Virus record (IMG/VR): IMGVR_UViG_3300043418_000120
Span: 32,001-96,000 of that record
Length of the DNA stretch: 64,000 bases
Origin: a virus
Reading direction: 5' to 3' (one strand)
Under the pieces are notes generated by a model. The model did no database searches and had not been told where the DNA came from. It worked only from the letters and a program-made list of their open reading frames with translations. Within the stretch, counting starts at the first letter, position 1; each line of letters starts with the position of its first letter. The position numbers and the translations under genes were made by a program. Shown here piece after piece: positions 9,118-17,779 of this stretch.

Positions 9118-9415
9118 GATGACGATTATGATTTTACATTTGATCACAGGTGAAGATGTCATCGGTGATGTAACACCAGCCAACGGTGTTCTTGAAGTTA
9201 AGAACGCATGTACCATTGGACCACGTCAAGATCCAAACACAGGGCAAGTGAAGATTGGCCTTGCACCCTTTAATCCTTACACTGAAGACAAGACGATTGT
9301 GATTTACCCACATGCTGTTGTGTCCGATGCTGTTCCTGCTCAGGAAATTGTCAACTCATACAATCAAGTGTATGGCGCTGGCATTCAAGTTGTGAGTTCA
9401 CTCGCAGGTCTATAA
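9110..9415 (+). CDS. Sm-like fold hypothetical protein (conserved in T4-like phages)
   Basis: ILHLITGEDVIG...LAPFNPY...YNQVYG pattern. Confidence 0.65.
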   Translation: MDKMTIMILHLITGEDVIGDVTPANGVLEVKNACTIGPRQDPNTGQVKIGLAPFNPYTEDKTIVIYPHAVVSDAVPAQEIVNSYNQVYGAGIQVVSSLAGL

Positions 9416-9418
9416 GCA

Positions 9419-9742
9419 ATGGCTAATGTCTATCGTCTAAAAGAATGTCCGCATTGTGGTGCTGAGCATCGCAAGCGTGGACCCTACTGTTCTCGTAGTT
9501 GTGGCAACCACCGCACATATACTGAATCGCAGAAGGAAGACAAACGTGTTGCAATGCGCAAGTTTATGAACAGTGAGAATGAAGTTGCTGAGAAGCAACG
9601 CTGGCTGATCACACAACAACGCAGAGCTGACGGACGGACAGAGGCTGAGCTCTACGCAGAGATGGAAGAGTATGGTGTGATACCACCAACGGATATAGGC
9701 TTCAGCTACGAGAAGGACGCTGACGGCGATATCTGGTTCTAA
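9419..9742 (+). CDS. Zn-finger hypothetical protein
   Basis: CPHC...YCSRSC. Confidence 0.65.
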   Translation: MANVYRLKECPHCGAEHRKRGPYCSRSCGNHRTYTESQKEDKRVAMRKFMNSENEVAEKQRWLITQQRRADGRTEAELYAEMEEYGVIPPTDIGFSYEKDADGDIWF

Positions 9743-9763
9743 AACCAAAGACTTACATTTCGA

Positions 9764-9851
9764 TAACCCTACCATGTGTAGGGTTTTTCACATTGGTGCT
9801 TGCCTTTAATTCCGAACAGAGGTATAATCAATCTATTGAAAGACGAAAAGG
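9764..9851 (+). repeat. palindrome-promoter cassette repeat
   Basis: CCCTAC-CATGT-GTAGGG; TTGCCT-17-TATAAT; CAATCTATTGAAA..AGGA. Confidence 0.85.
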
Positions 9852-9858
9852 ATACGAT

Positions 9859-10275
9859 ATGATGAAGGCTGGCGTTTACTACATTGGTGACCTGTGCTAC
9901 GTGATGCATGATTGCTGGGATGAGTTCTGTGACCTTACTATCAAAGGCAATGAGTGCCTGAGTGGTGAGTTTACTATGAAGGATGGTCGCCGTTTCGCTA
10001 CCTACTCTACCAAGTATGGTGATGGTTTGTACCCAACAAACGTAGGCGCTAACCTTTCCGTTGATGCTGGTCTGATTGGTTGTATCCTTGTCAGCGACAT
10101 CCGTGACCCTGAAGCTACCGAAGCAGCAATGAAGTCTCTCGGCACTATCGTCGAGTTCGGTACTGACTTTGTTACTGGTGGTTCGCGCGAGACAGGTACA
10201 ATACAGTTTGGTCGTGTTGTTGTTGAGACAGGCGATTTTTATGATGATGAGGAAGATGAGTATGACTGCGAATAA
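9859..10275 (+). CDS. conserved phage hypothetical protein
   Basis: YYIGDLCY...TKYGDG...VDAGLIG; SD supplied by the repeat. Confidence 0.75.
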   Translation: MMKAGVYYIGDLCYVMHDCWDEFCDLTIKGNECLSGEFTMKDGRRFATYSTKYGDGLYPTNVGANLSVDAGLIGCILVSDIRDPEATEAAMKSLGTIVEFGTDFVTGGSRETGTIQFGRVVVETGDFYDDEEDEYDCE

Positions 10276-10582
10276 TGCGTTGATGGTTGAACAACTTGGT
10301 CTGTTGGCTGAGAAGGGCGTGATGGTTCAAATGCGCAGCCGATTTGAGTATGAGGTGTTTGGTTTCTACAAGAGCAACAGCGTTGTTGTGAACCTGCCTA
10401 TGCAAACAGTAACAGCACGCTACGGTGAAGTTGATGAGTTTGCTGCTGAAGGTTTGTTTGATGCTTTGGTTGAACTCAACTACAGCTGGTGGTCGCGCAG
10501 CCATGCACGCTACGATGGTTGGTCCCGCCCATCCCCTGAGTGGGAAAAGTTGTTCGAAGCTGCTGGTCTCGAGGTCGATTGA
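10262..10582 (+). CDS. hypothetical protein
   Basis: ORF overlapping the upstream stop; start refined. Confidence 0.65.
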   Translation: MTANNALMVEQLGLLAEKGVMVQMRSRFEYEVFGFYKSNSVVVNLPMQTVTARYGEVDEFAAEGLFDALVELNYSWWSRSHARYDGWSRPSPEWEKLFEAAGLEVD

Positions 10583-10607
10583 CTTTAATTAGCAGCTCAG
10601 GTATAAT
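10579..10607 (+). promoter_or_regulatory. sigma70-like promoter
   Basis: TTGACT-17-TATAAT. Confidence 0.8.
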
Positions 10608-10630
10608 TGTTGATCATTGAAAGGATTGTT

Positions 10631-10942
10631 ATGTCTAATTTTATTACTTTTTCCACAAATACCACAGCTGTTCCTGTAGAGGCTGGTGGAATTTTGAATG
10701 GGTATAAGCTCAACTCTATTCTACACAGTGGTCGCAAAATTTCTCTAGCGCAGAACGCCTATTACTACATCCCATACACAAACACAATTGTGTCTTTCCG
10801 CGGATCAAAGGCCAAAGCGATGGTTCGTAGCGATGACGGCAAGTACAGTTTCATCGAGAAATTTACTGACCGCAAAGGGCACTGGACTTTTAAGGTTGAT
10901 TCAGCCATGGTTCACGAGGCTGCGCTGACCATGTTCCGATAA
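10631..10942 (+). CDS. hypothetical protein (cassette)
   Basis: AAGGA SD; the stop TAA is the first three bases of the next repeat. Confidence 0.7.
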   Translation: MSNFITFSTNTTAVPVEAGGILNGYKLNSILHSGRKISLAQNAYYYIPYTNTIVSFRGSKAKAMVRSDDGKYSFIEKFTDRKGHWTFKVDSAMVHEAALTMFR

Positions 10943-11013
10943 CCCTACAGCTCGTAGGGGCTTTACTTTAATTCGGATTCGAGGTATAATCAATCTATTG
11001 TGAGAAAAGAAAG
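10940..11013 (+). repeat. palindrome-promoter cassette repeat
   Basis: TAACCCTAC-AGCTC-GTAGGGGC TTTACT-17-TATAAT CAATCTATTG..AAAGG. Confidence 0.95.
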
Positions 11014-11022
11014 GTTTTGATT

Positions 11023-11229
11023 ATGGGTTTCGAGTCTGTTGTGTTGGCTAAGGTTCGTGAAGTGTTGGTTGCTGTTCCTAGCTACCAAGCAAATTTTGTG
11101 AACGGTACGCTGTTCGTTGAGTGCTCTGTCCGTGACGCTATCCGTCTCGAGACAGCTCTGCTTGAGAAATTGCGCTGCGGCATCATCCTGAGTCGCGTTG
11201 GTGATGAGTCTGCGTTTGACTTTGTTTAA
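11023..11229 (+). CDS. hypothetical protein (cassette)
   Basis: Follows the repeat SD. Confidence 0.7.
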   Translation: MGFESVVLAKVREVLVAVPSYQANFVNGTLFVECSVRDAIRLETALLEKLRCGIILSRVGDESAFDFV

Positions 11230-11238
11230 GGGGCTGGT

Positions 11239-11385
11239 ATGAGAGTTTCGTTTCGTAATGTCCGTATCAATGAACTGTTCAGCTGCAATGGTAACCTATA
11301 CTACAAAAAGTCAAGCCGTACAGCTGTGCTGATGTCAGCCAACCGTACATTCTATATGTCACAACATGACAACTGTCTGATCTGA
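11239..11385 (+). CDS. small hypothetical protein
   Basis: MRVSFRNVRINELFSCNGNLYYKKSSRTA...; AGGGG SD. Confidence 0.6.
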   Translation: MRVSFRNVRINELFSCNGNLYYKKSSRTAVLMSANRTFYMSQHDNCLI

Positions 11386-11392
11386 GGTGCTT

Positions 11393-11656
11393 ATGACAAT
11401 CAAAATGTATAAGAGTGAGTATGTGAGTAAAGAAGAAACCGCTCGCCAATGTGTTGTCGCTGAACAAGTGGCCATCGAGTTTCAGGAAGAGTTTGCTGCT
11501 ATGTGTGAGAAGTATAAGGTAGAATTCTCTGTTCGTGAAAAGACTAGCGGATATAGCACCTACGTGGAAGGCATTGATGTCGACTTTGATGGCATTTATG
11601 AAGATGGCACAACCGTTCGTCCATACTTTACCATTCAGTTTGGTAGCACAATCTAA
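11393..11656 (+). CDS. hypothetical protein
   Basis: GAGGT SD; ORF track. Confidence 0.65.
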   Translation: MTIKMYKSEYVSKEETARQCVVAEQVAIEFQEEFAAMCEKYKVEFSVREKTSGYSTYVEGIDVDFDGIYEDGTTVRPYFTIQFGSTI

Positions 11657-11665
11657 GGAATCAAA

Positions 11666-11848
11666 ATGAACATCCAAACTGTAGCAGAAAATCTGCGTAA
11701 CACAATCGCGGGCAAGAAGGCGATGTTGGCTGGCATCAAAGACAACGGCAAAGAAGGATATTATATACTGTCGCATATGCTGAGTATGAACATTGAAGAG
11801 TTGGAGAAAATTCTGGCTGATGTTGACCAATGTTTGGTGGAGCAGTGA
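11666..11848 (+). CDS. hypothetical protein
   Basis: AAGGA SD; ORF track. Confidence 0.65.
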   Translation: MNIQTVAENLRNTIAGKKAMLAGIKDNGKEGYYILSHMLSMNIEELEKILADVDQCLVEQ

Positions 11849-12186
11849 TGACCCTGACTGACTTGGTCTCTCGTCAAGGCAACAAGTGCTACTACTGCAG
11901 TTGCGAAATGAATCAGACTAAGAAGTCACCGAATCAAGCTACGGTTGAGCACTTGGTTGACAAGTGGTCTAGCCCAAAGCATCGTAAGATTGAATGCACT
12001 TCTAACCTAGTCGCTGCTTGCTTTCAGTGTAACAATAGTCGTGGTGCGGCTCGTAATAGAATTGCTCGCGACTACTACAAAACGCAAGCTGCCAAGAAGA
12101 GTATGAAACTGGCGGTGGCGTCTATCTCGAGTCGTCAATTGTATTCGTTGTTTGGTCCAGTACCACAAACCCTATTCGTCATGTAA
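11848..12186 (+). CDS. HNH endonuclease family protein
   Basis: CYYC...ATVEHL...NLVAACFQCNNSRG. Confidence 0.8.
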   Translation: MTLTDLVSRQGNKCYYCSCEMNQTKKSPNQATVEHLVDKWSSPKHRKIECTSNLVAACFQCNNSRGAARNRIARDYYKTQAAKKSMKLAVASISSRQLYSLFGPVPQTLFVM

Positions 12187-12195
12187 GGAATTGAA

Positions 12196-13221
12196 ATGCG
12201 TAAACTTGCTAAGATTGTTAAGATCGACAACCTGACACCCATCGATGGTGCTGATAAAATTGAAGTTGCCACTGTTGGTGGTTGGAAAGTTGTAGCCCAG
12301 AAGGGTCTATACAACGTTGGCGACTTGGCTGTGTATTTTGAGATTGACTCATGGATTCCAACCGAGTTGGCACCATTCTTGTCTAAGGGCAAAGAGCCTC
12401 GTGAGTTTGAAGGTGTCAAGGGCGAACGCCTAAAGACTATCAAGCTGCGTGGGCAGTTGTCACAAGGTTTGTTGATGCCACTGTCTGAAGTAATTTCTAT
12501 TGCTGGTTGCTGGTCACCAATCCAAGAGGGCGATGATGTTACAGAGTACTTGAACATCAAGAAGTGGGAAAAGCCAATGAATGCTCAGTTGGCAGGTGTG
12601 TGTCGTGGTAATTTTCCATCACTGATTCCAAAGACTGATCAAGAGCGTGTTCAAAACTTGAAGAAGGAAATTGGTGCTGCTCAGAACGATGTGTTTGAAG
12701 TCACTGAAAAGTGCGAAGGTTCTTCAATGACTGTGTACCAAATGGTTGTTGAAGGTGAGATGACATTCGGTGTGTGTTCACGTAACATGGACTTGAAGGA
12801 AACTGAAGGTAACTCTTTCTGGGCTACTGCGCGCAAGGATGACATTGAAGCAAAGATGCGTGCTGTTGATGAGTTCTGGTCATTCGCAATTCAAGGTGAG
12901 TTGATTGGTCCAGGCATTCAAGGTAACATCTATGGATTGAAAGAACCAAAGTTTGTTGTGTTTGATGTGTACGACATTCAAGCAGGTGAATACTTGCCAC
13001 CAGATGCTCGTCGTGAGTTGATTGCTGGTATGGGGTTGAACCATGTGCCAGTGTTGAACGAACGCTATGTGTTGACTCAAACCGTTGATGAGATCATCGC
13101 TTCTGCTGAAGGTCAATCGACCATTGCCAAGGTAGAGCGCGAAGGTATTGTGTTCAAGCAAGCCATGGGTGGATTCTCATTCAAAGCGATCAGCAACGCC
13201 TATCTTTTGGGCGAAAAGTAA
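12196..13221 (+). CDS. RNA ligase, DRB0094/Rnl5 family
   Basis: N-terminal OB domain (PIDGADKIE, KLRGQLSQGL), TEKCEGSS (KxxG), QGEL, REGIVFK, FKAIS. Confidence 0.9.
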   Translation: MRKLAKIVKIDNLTPIDGADKIEVATVGGWKVVAQKGLYNVGDLAVYFEIDSWIPTELAPFLSKGKEPREFEGVKGERLKTIKLRGQLSQGLLMPLSEVISIAGCWSPIQEGDDVTEYLNIKKWEKPMNAQLAGVCRGNFPSLIPKTDQERVQNLKKEIGAAQNDVFEVTEKCEGSSMTVYQMVVEGEMTFGVCSRNMDLKETEGNSFWATARKDDIEAKMRAVDEFWSFAIQGELIGPGIQGNIYGLKEPKFVVFDVYDIQAGEYLPPDARRELIAGMGLNHVPVLNERYVLTQTVDEIIASAEGQSTIAKVEREGIVFKQAMGGFSFKAISNAYLLGEK

Positions 13222-13294
13222 CCCTACCATCAGTAGGGTTACTGGTTTACTTTAATTCAGAACTCAGGTATAATCAATCTATTGAAACAAAGGA
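13219..13294 (+). repeat. palindrome-promoter cassette repeat
   Basis: TAACCCTAC-CATCA-GTAGGGTTA; TTTACT-17-TATAAT; SD. Confidence 0.95.
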
Positions 13295-13300
13295 ATGATC

Positions 13301-13666
13301 ATGAACGACAACTACAGTATCCCCTCCTATACATTTGCTCGCTCTGGCGCTATCACCCGCGAGTTTCTGGCCAACTTACCTTTCCGTCTCTTCAAGGACA
13401 GCGACTATCTGGCATTCGCAGGCGTCGAGAGCCCAGTACCTTTGATCGCTGAGGTCGAAGGCGACTTTGAAAGTTTCATCGTGATTGTTGACGGTGATAC
13501 TGCTGAGATGTACGTTGCCAATGAAGATGGTGCATTTGATATTGTGGATGCTGTTGGGTTCATCTCAGAGTTACAGTATGGCCCAACCAAGGATGAGTTG
13601 ATTCGTGAAGCGCGCATCAAAATCAATGAGTTGCAAGCAACCCTGCGTAAACTGGAAGCCCAATGA
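13301..13666 (+). CDS. hypothetical protein (cassette)
   Basis: Follows the repeat SD. Confidence 0.7.
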   Translation: MNDNYSIPSYTFARSGAITREFLANLPFRLFKDSDYLAFAGVESPVPLIAEVEGDFESFIVIVDGDTAEMYVANEDGAFDIVDAVGFISELQYGPTKDELIREARIKINELQATLRKLEAQ

Positions 13667-14004
13667 TCTACGCATCCTTCAAGAAGCGCAAGCCACGTAA
13701 ACCCAACGCGGAACAGCGTGCTCTAGCAAAGTCATGGTCTGACATGGTAGCGCAGTACGAGCCCAAGAAACCTATTGCCCCATCCAAGGACACAGGATTC
13801 GTGTACAAGCTCAATGCGCCTGTTGGTCGCGAGACGCCTAAGATCCCATCACGCGCAACGGCTGGTGGTAATGGTTCATGGCGTCCCAACCCTGTCTACA
13901 CAGGCGACAAGATCAAGGGCATCGGCACAATGCACAAGAGCAACGCAGTGCCAGTGTTCAGCGACGAGGAAGCCCAAGACATTGCTAAGATGCGCCGAGG
14001 ATAA
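13663..14004 (+). CDS. conserved basic T4-like hypothetical protein
   Basis: YTGDKIKGIGTMHKSNAVPVFS motif; ends at a repeat. Confidence 0.75.
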   Translation: MIYASFKKRKPRKPNAEQRALAKSWSDMVAQYEPKKPIAPSKDTGFVYKLNAPVGRETPKIPSRATAGGNGSWRPNPVYTGDKIKGIGTMHKSNAVPVFSDEEAQDIAKMRRG

Positions 14005-14075
14005 CCCTACTGTTCGTAGGGGCTTTACTTTAATTCGGATTCGCGGTATAATCAATCCATTGAAACAGAAAAGGA
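14002..14075 (+). repeat. palindrome-promoter cassette repeat
   Basis: TAACCCTAC-TGTTC-GTAGGGGC TTTACT-17-TATAAT. Confidence 0.95.
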
Positions 14076-14082
14076 AAACAAA

Positions 14083-14277
14083 ATGACTAAGCTCCCTCGC
14101 AACGTGGTGTCTGTAACTGTGGTTGATGGCGTAACCTTTACCGTGTACAAGTCTCGCAAGACTCCAAAGTCTACATGGCGCTCTGGCAAAGTCAGCCGTA
14201 CTGGTTCAACAGGTACATCTGGTTTTGCTATTGGTTTCCCAAGCCGCTCTACCATCGGTGGTGGTGTTCAGGAATGA
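14083..14277 (+). CDS. hypothetical protein (cassette)
   Basis: Follows the repeat SD. Confidence 0.65.
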   Translation: MTKLPRNVVSVTVVDGVTFTVYKSRKTPKSTWRSGKVSRTGSTGTSGFAIGFPSRSTIGGGVQE

Positions 14278-14453
14278 CTGTGGGTACAGACAACCAAACC
14301 TATGAGCAAGGCGTTGCCGATGCTCAGCTTGACCTGATGGGTGGTTGGGTTGATGAACACACAACAGCACAGGAAGTCATAGACCAACTGACAATTGCTG
14401 TTGGTGCCAGCCAAGAGTACATTCAGGGCTACTTGACTGTGGTTGGCGTATAA
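14274..14453 (+). CDS. small acidic hypothetical protein
   Basis: MTVGTDNQTYEQG...; ATGA overlap; the stop lies in the repeat. Confidence 0.65.
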   Translation: MTVGTDNQTYEQGVADAQLDLMGGWVDEHTTAQEVIDQLTIAVGASQEYIQGYLTVVGV

Positions 14454-14521
14454 CCCTACTACTCGTAGGGGCTTTACTTTAATTCGGTTCTAGAGTATAA
14501 TCAATCTATTGAAACAAAGGA
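14451..14521 (+). repeat. palindrome-promoter cassette repeat
   Basis: TAACCCTAC-TACTC-GTAGGGGC...; identical to the copy at 17308. Confidence 0.95.
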
Positions 14522-14527
14522 ATGATT

Positions 14528-14722
14528 ATGACAGTCATCAAGGCAACTTCTTACGGTGAGATTGGTATTGACCCTGAAGCAAGTCCAGGCAACGGACAGT
14601 TCTACGCCATGACTTATGATGGCGAACTCAATGCCTGTGGTTACGAAACCGCAGAGGAAGCGTGGGCTGAACTTGAGTATGTCGCCTGTGGTATTGAAGA
14701 CGCTGTGTTGGAGGAAGTATGA
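14528..14722 (+). CDS. small acidic hypothetical protein (cassette)
   Basis: Follows the repeat SD. Confidence 0.65.
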   Translation: MTVIKATSYGEIGIDPEASPGNGQFYAMTYDGELNACGYETAEEAWAELEYVACGIEDAVLEEV

Positions 14723-15003
14723 GTTTGCCAAAGTTAAAAGTCAAGCTGATGTTGCGCGATCCCAGCTGGACGCCTATCTTTGAGGATGGCAACCCATGGG
14801 CTGTGAACAAAGACAGCTACCTGATTGAGCAAGAACGCGAAGTTGAGGTTGTTCAGCTTAACCTTAACACTGGTGGCATGCGCATCCGCTGGAATGAGCC
14901 TGACGCCACCAAGAAGAAAGGCTACGTGGTTGAGAGCTGTGACATATCCATCGACCACTTCTACAAGCACTACCACATCATCCAGATGCCAGAACGCACA
15001 TAA
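14719..15003 (+). CDS. hypothetical protein
   Basis: GGAGG SD; the stop lies in the repeat. Confidence 0.7.
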   Translation: MSLPKLKVKLMLRDPSWTPIFEDGNPWAVNKDSYLIEQEREVEVVQLNLNTGGMRIRWNEPDATKKKGYVVESCDISIDHFYKHYHIIQMPERT

Positions 15004-15073
15004 CCCTACTGTTCGTAGGGGCTTTACTTTAATTCGGTTCTAGAGTATAATCAATCTATTGAAAGACGAAAGG
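15001..15073 (+). repeat. palindrome-promoter cassette repeat
   Basis: TAACCCTAC-TGTTC-GTAGGGGC TTTACT-17-TATAAT. Confidence 0.95.
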
Positions 15074-15078
15074 TTGAT

Positions 15079-15363
15079 ATGTCCCGCTCTTATAACCCAC
15101 TTGATTACATCCCCCACTTGATCGTCGGCTGCATCATCGCTATGCCTCTGTTCCTGTTTGTGTGTGCTATTGATCAAGGCTTTGGCTCCGATAAGGTTTT
15201 GGACACGTACTCAGGTCAGAAGTCAGTTTGTACTCGCTACCAGTTCAATAGCAGCTTGAAGGTTACCCAGTGTGTTGAGCGTGTGATGGTTGCTGCTACC
15301 TGTAAGAAGATTGAGCACACAGGTCCCGTGTTTGGTGTGTTCACCAATGAGCGTTGCGAATAA
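15079..15363 (+). CDS. membrane-anchored Cys-containing hypothetical protein (cassette)
   Basis: N-terminal TM helix; flanked by repeats. Confidence 0.7.
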   Translation: MSRSYNPLDYIPHLIVGCIIAMPLFLFVCAIDQGFGSDKVLDTYSGQKSVCTRYQFNSSLKVTQCVERVMVAATCKKIEHTGPVFGVFTNERCE

Positions 15364-15431
15364 CCCTACAACCTGTAGGGGCTTTACTTTAATTCGGAAC
15401 TCAGGTATAATCAATCTATTGAAACAAAGGG
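15361..15431 (+). repeat. palindrome-promoter cassette repeat
   Basis: TAACCCTAC-AACCT-GTAGGGGC TTTACT-17-TATAAT. Confidence 0.95.
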
Positions 15432-15437
15432 CTGATT

Positions 15438-15584
15438 ATGAAAAACTACGTGTTTGTGACTGATTCTGAACTCGCTGAATTCTTGAAAAAATTGGGTGAC
15501 CTGTCGCTTGAGGCTGATACCTTTGAAGTGGCGTTGGCTGCTTTGCGTCTTCAAACTTTGTTGAAAACCGCTTACGGTGTGTGA
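15438..15584 (+). CDS. small hypothetical protein, paralogue of 3167..3313
   Basis: MKNYVFVTDSELAEFLKKLGDLSLEADTFEVALAALRLQTLLKTAYGV. Confidence 0.75.
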   Translation: MKNYVFVTDSELAEFLKKLGDLSLEADTFEVALAALRLQTLLKTAYGV

Positions 15585-15590
15585 GTGAAT

Positions 15591-15667
15591 AAACCCTACT
15601 ACCCGTAGGGTTATCGCTTTACAATAATTCGGATTGGTAGTATAATCAATCTATTGAAACAAAAGGC
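15591..15667 (+). repeat. palindrome-promoter cassette repeat
   Basis: AACCCTAC-TACCC-GTAGGGTT; TTTACA-17-TATAAT. Confidence 0.9.
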
Positions 15668-15672
15668 TGACT

Positions 15673-16062
15673 ATGTACTCGTTCTCTCCACTCGCTTCTA
15701 TCCCTGCTTGCCATGATGGTTTCGGCATCATCGTTGCTCTGTGTATCTTCATCACAGTTATCGTTCTGATGAACGAAGCCGAGCTGTTCTTTCAGTGGTT
15801 CTTTGTGGCTACTGTGACATGTGTACTTGCTTACTTTGTGTCCTACAGCTGGACTGACCAGACGCCCAAAACCTTTGTGAATGAGAAGGTGACAGCTACC
15901 TTTGTCAGCTTTGAGGCTGAGGGCTACAAAGAGAAGTCAGGCAAGAGCTACGTAGACAAGCACTTCACCTATGTTGTGTACAATGTCAACGGCTCCAACG
16001 TCCTGTTGTCTGCTACTCCTGGCCAAACCTATCCACAATCTGTCATCCTGTACAAGAACTAA
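15673..16062 (+). CDS. membrane protein, two TM helices (cassette)
   Basis: Two hydrophobic segments; flanked by repeats. Confidence 0.75.
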   Translation: MYSFSPLASIPACHDGFGIIVALCIFITVIVLMNEAELFFQWFFVATVTCVLAYFVSYSWTDQTPKTFVNEKVTATFVSFEAEGYKEKSGKSYVDKHFTYVVYNVNGSNVLLSATPGQTYPQSVILYKN

Positions 16063-16137
16063 TAACCCTACAGGCTGTAGGGGCTTTACTTTAATTCGGA
16101 ACTCAGGTATAATCAATCCATTGAAACAGAAAAGGAA
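16063..16137 (+). repeat. palindrome-promoter cassette repeat
   Basis: TAACCCTAC-AGGCT-GTAGGGGC TTTACT-17-TATAAT. Confidence 0.95.
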
Positions 16138-16143
16138 ATCGAA

Positions 16144-16332
16144 ATGAAACCTACAACATGGGAAGTTTGTTTTGACTATGGCCCACATATGAGTGATACA
16201 GTAAAGGTCAAGGCCAGTTCAGAAGACGAAGCCATTGCCAAAGTAGAGAAGGCGGCAGAGAAAAAAGGTCGCAGTATTGATATCAACTGGGCGAAATCAG
16301 CAGAGCAAGGTGTGGCGGAGGAATACGCATGA
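16144..16332 (+). CDS. hypothetical protein (cassette)
   Basis: Follows the repeat SD; ends AEQGVAEEYA. Confidence 0.7.
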   Translation: MKPTTWEVCFDYGPHMSDTVKVKASSEDEAIAKVEKAAEKKGRSIDINWAKSAEQGVAEEYA

Positions 16333-16565
16333 TTGAGTACAAAACCGCTGAGGAAGCAATCGCAGCCAACATCAAGGCGATGGGTGATGACGGTTTCATT
16401 GAGTTTAATGGAATGAACTGCAACGACTACCTTGATGACGATGAGATGTTCTGCGATGGCTGGGATGGTGTTGATCGCCGCTGTGACTGTGGCAACCGCA
16501 GAGTCAGCTGGACAACTGAGCAGGACAGCAAGGGCAATTGGTCAGCTTACGCGGAGGCATACTGA
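16329..16565 (+). CDS. small Cys-rich hypothetical protein
   Basis: CDGWDGVDRRCDCGNRRV. Confidence 0.7.
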   Translation: MIEYKTAEEAIAANIKAMGDDGFIEFNGMNCNDYLDDDEMFCDGWDGVDRRCDCGNRRVSWTTEQDSKGNWSAYAEAY

Positions 16566-16804
16566 TGGTGGGTCTAAAAGAATGGTTTGAAGCCAAAGCC
16601 TATAAGCCCAAGTATGAGTTTGGTGCTCGTGTGATTGGCAAGTACCGTAAGATGCCCTTTGTTGGTTGTGTGGGCACAGATGGCATCCGTTCAGAGGAGG
16701 AAGGACCAATCCTAACTGTTACGCTGGACCTGCCTCTGATGGTAGATGGCATACCTCGAACTGTGTTAATTGTCAAGCACAAAGATGTAAAACCCTACAA
16801 GTAG
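16565..16804 (+). CDS. hypothetical protein (SH3-like)
   Basis: TGATG coupling; the C-terminal KPYK is encoded by the palindrome. Confidence 0.65.
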   Translation: MVGLKEWFEAKAYKPKYEFGARVIGKYRKMPFVGCVGTDGIRSEEEGPILTVTLDLPLMVDGIPRTVLIVKHKDVKPYK

Positions 16805-16864
16805 TAGGGGAATGGTTTACAATAATTCGGATTGGAGGTATAATCAATCTATTGAAACGAAGGA
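16791..16864 (+). repeat. palindrome-promoter cassette repeat
   Basis: CCCTAC-AAGTA-GTAGGG; TTTACA-17-TATAAT. Confidence 0.9.
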
Positions 16865-16870
16865 ATGACA

Positions 16871-17032
16871 ATGGAATACATTATACTTACTGACAGCCGT
16901 TCTGACGCCCTTGCTGGTGATGTGACTTGGCACCTGTCCCAAGGCTGGGAATTGGTTGGTGGTGTAAGCCTTTCCGTTGCTCCAGGTGGCTGGACTTCAT
17001 ACGCTCAGGCTATGAAGAAGGACTCAAAATGA
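16871..17032 (+). CDS. DUF1737-like small protein
   Basis: YIIL...V..HLSQGWELVGGVS...YAQAM pattern. Confidence 0.65.
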   Translation: MEYIILTDSRSDALAGDVTWHLSQGWELVGGVSLSVAPGGWTSYAQAMKKDSK

Positions 17033-17310
17033 CTGTTACAATCGCTCTGAACACGCTCCCTCCAGGCATGGAATTTGACTGGGAAGGCAACCCTCGCTAC
17101 AAGAAAAGTTGGTATCAGGTGTTTGAGTGTACCGATGCTACTGACCACTGGAGCTATGACGCCTCCAAGCTGTTGTTTGAGTCAGACTGCCTAGCCAAGT
17201 CGCACAGCTTTGCCTATGACACATGGCTCAAGGACGAGGCTAAAATCTTCACAATCATCCAAGCCTGTGATGAGTCATGCCGTGGTGGCTATGGCTTTGA
17301 TGAGTATTAA
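17029..17310 (+). CDS. hypothetical protein
   Basis: AAGGA SD; the stop lies in the repeat. Confidence 0.65.
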   Translation: MTVTIALNTLPPGMEFDWEGNPRYKKSWYQVFECTDATDHWSYDASKLLFESDCLAKSHSFAYDTWLKDEAKIFTIIQACDESCRGGYGFDEY

Positions 17311-17378
17311 CCCTACTACTCGTAGGGGCTTTACTTTAATTCGGTTCTAGAGTATAATCAATCTATTGAAACAAAGGA
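17308..17378 (+). repeat. palindrome-promoter cassette repeat
   Basis: Identical to 14451..14521. Confidence 0.95.
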
Positions 17379-17384
17379 ACCGAA

Positions 17385-17477
17385 ATGACTGATTATGAAA
17401 AGCCCCTTCTTGAAGACATGACTGATACCGTTGTGCTCTATGTGTTGTGTGCTATCTTGATCATGGTGGTGATGTAA
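17385..17477 (+). CDS. 30-aa membrane peptide
   Basis: MTDYEKPLLEDMTDTVVLYVLCAILIMVVM; SD from the repeat; TAATG coupling. Confidence 0.5.
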   Translation: MTDYEKPLLEDMTDTVVLYVLCAILIMVVM

Positions 17478-17779
17478 TGTTCAGTTTCTTCAAATCCAAA
17501 CCTACCAAGCCAGCGATCCCAGAGATTATGCGTCGCTACCGCTACACATGCTCATGCGGCGAGCACACTGACCTTGAGTGGTGCCCTGCCTGTGGTATCC
17601 GTAACACATACAAGTGGAACGGCAGCAAGGGCTATCCAACCCGCGCAAAGGCGTCGCCAGCGATCACTACCTCGTCCTCGGACAGCTACGTGGACATGAG
17701 CTCGTCCTTCAGCAGCTACAGCAGCTCGGACAGCTCATGCTCTAGTGACGGTGGCAGCTGCTCGGGTGGTGGCGAATAA
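17477..17779 (+). CDS. Zn-ribbon protein with Ser-rich tail
   Basis: CSCG...CPACG; the stop lies in the repeat. Confidence 0.65.
   Translation: MFSFFKSKPTKPAIPEIMRRYRYTCSCGEHTDLEWCPACGIRNTYKWNGSKGYPTRAKASPAITTSSSDSYVDMSSSFSSYSSSDSSCSSDGGSCSGGGE

Noticed and set aside
9419-9742. Homing endonuclease
   Set aside because: Only a Cys-rich motif is present, with no HNH or GIY-YIG catalytic motif.
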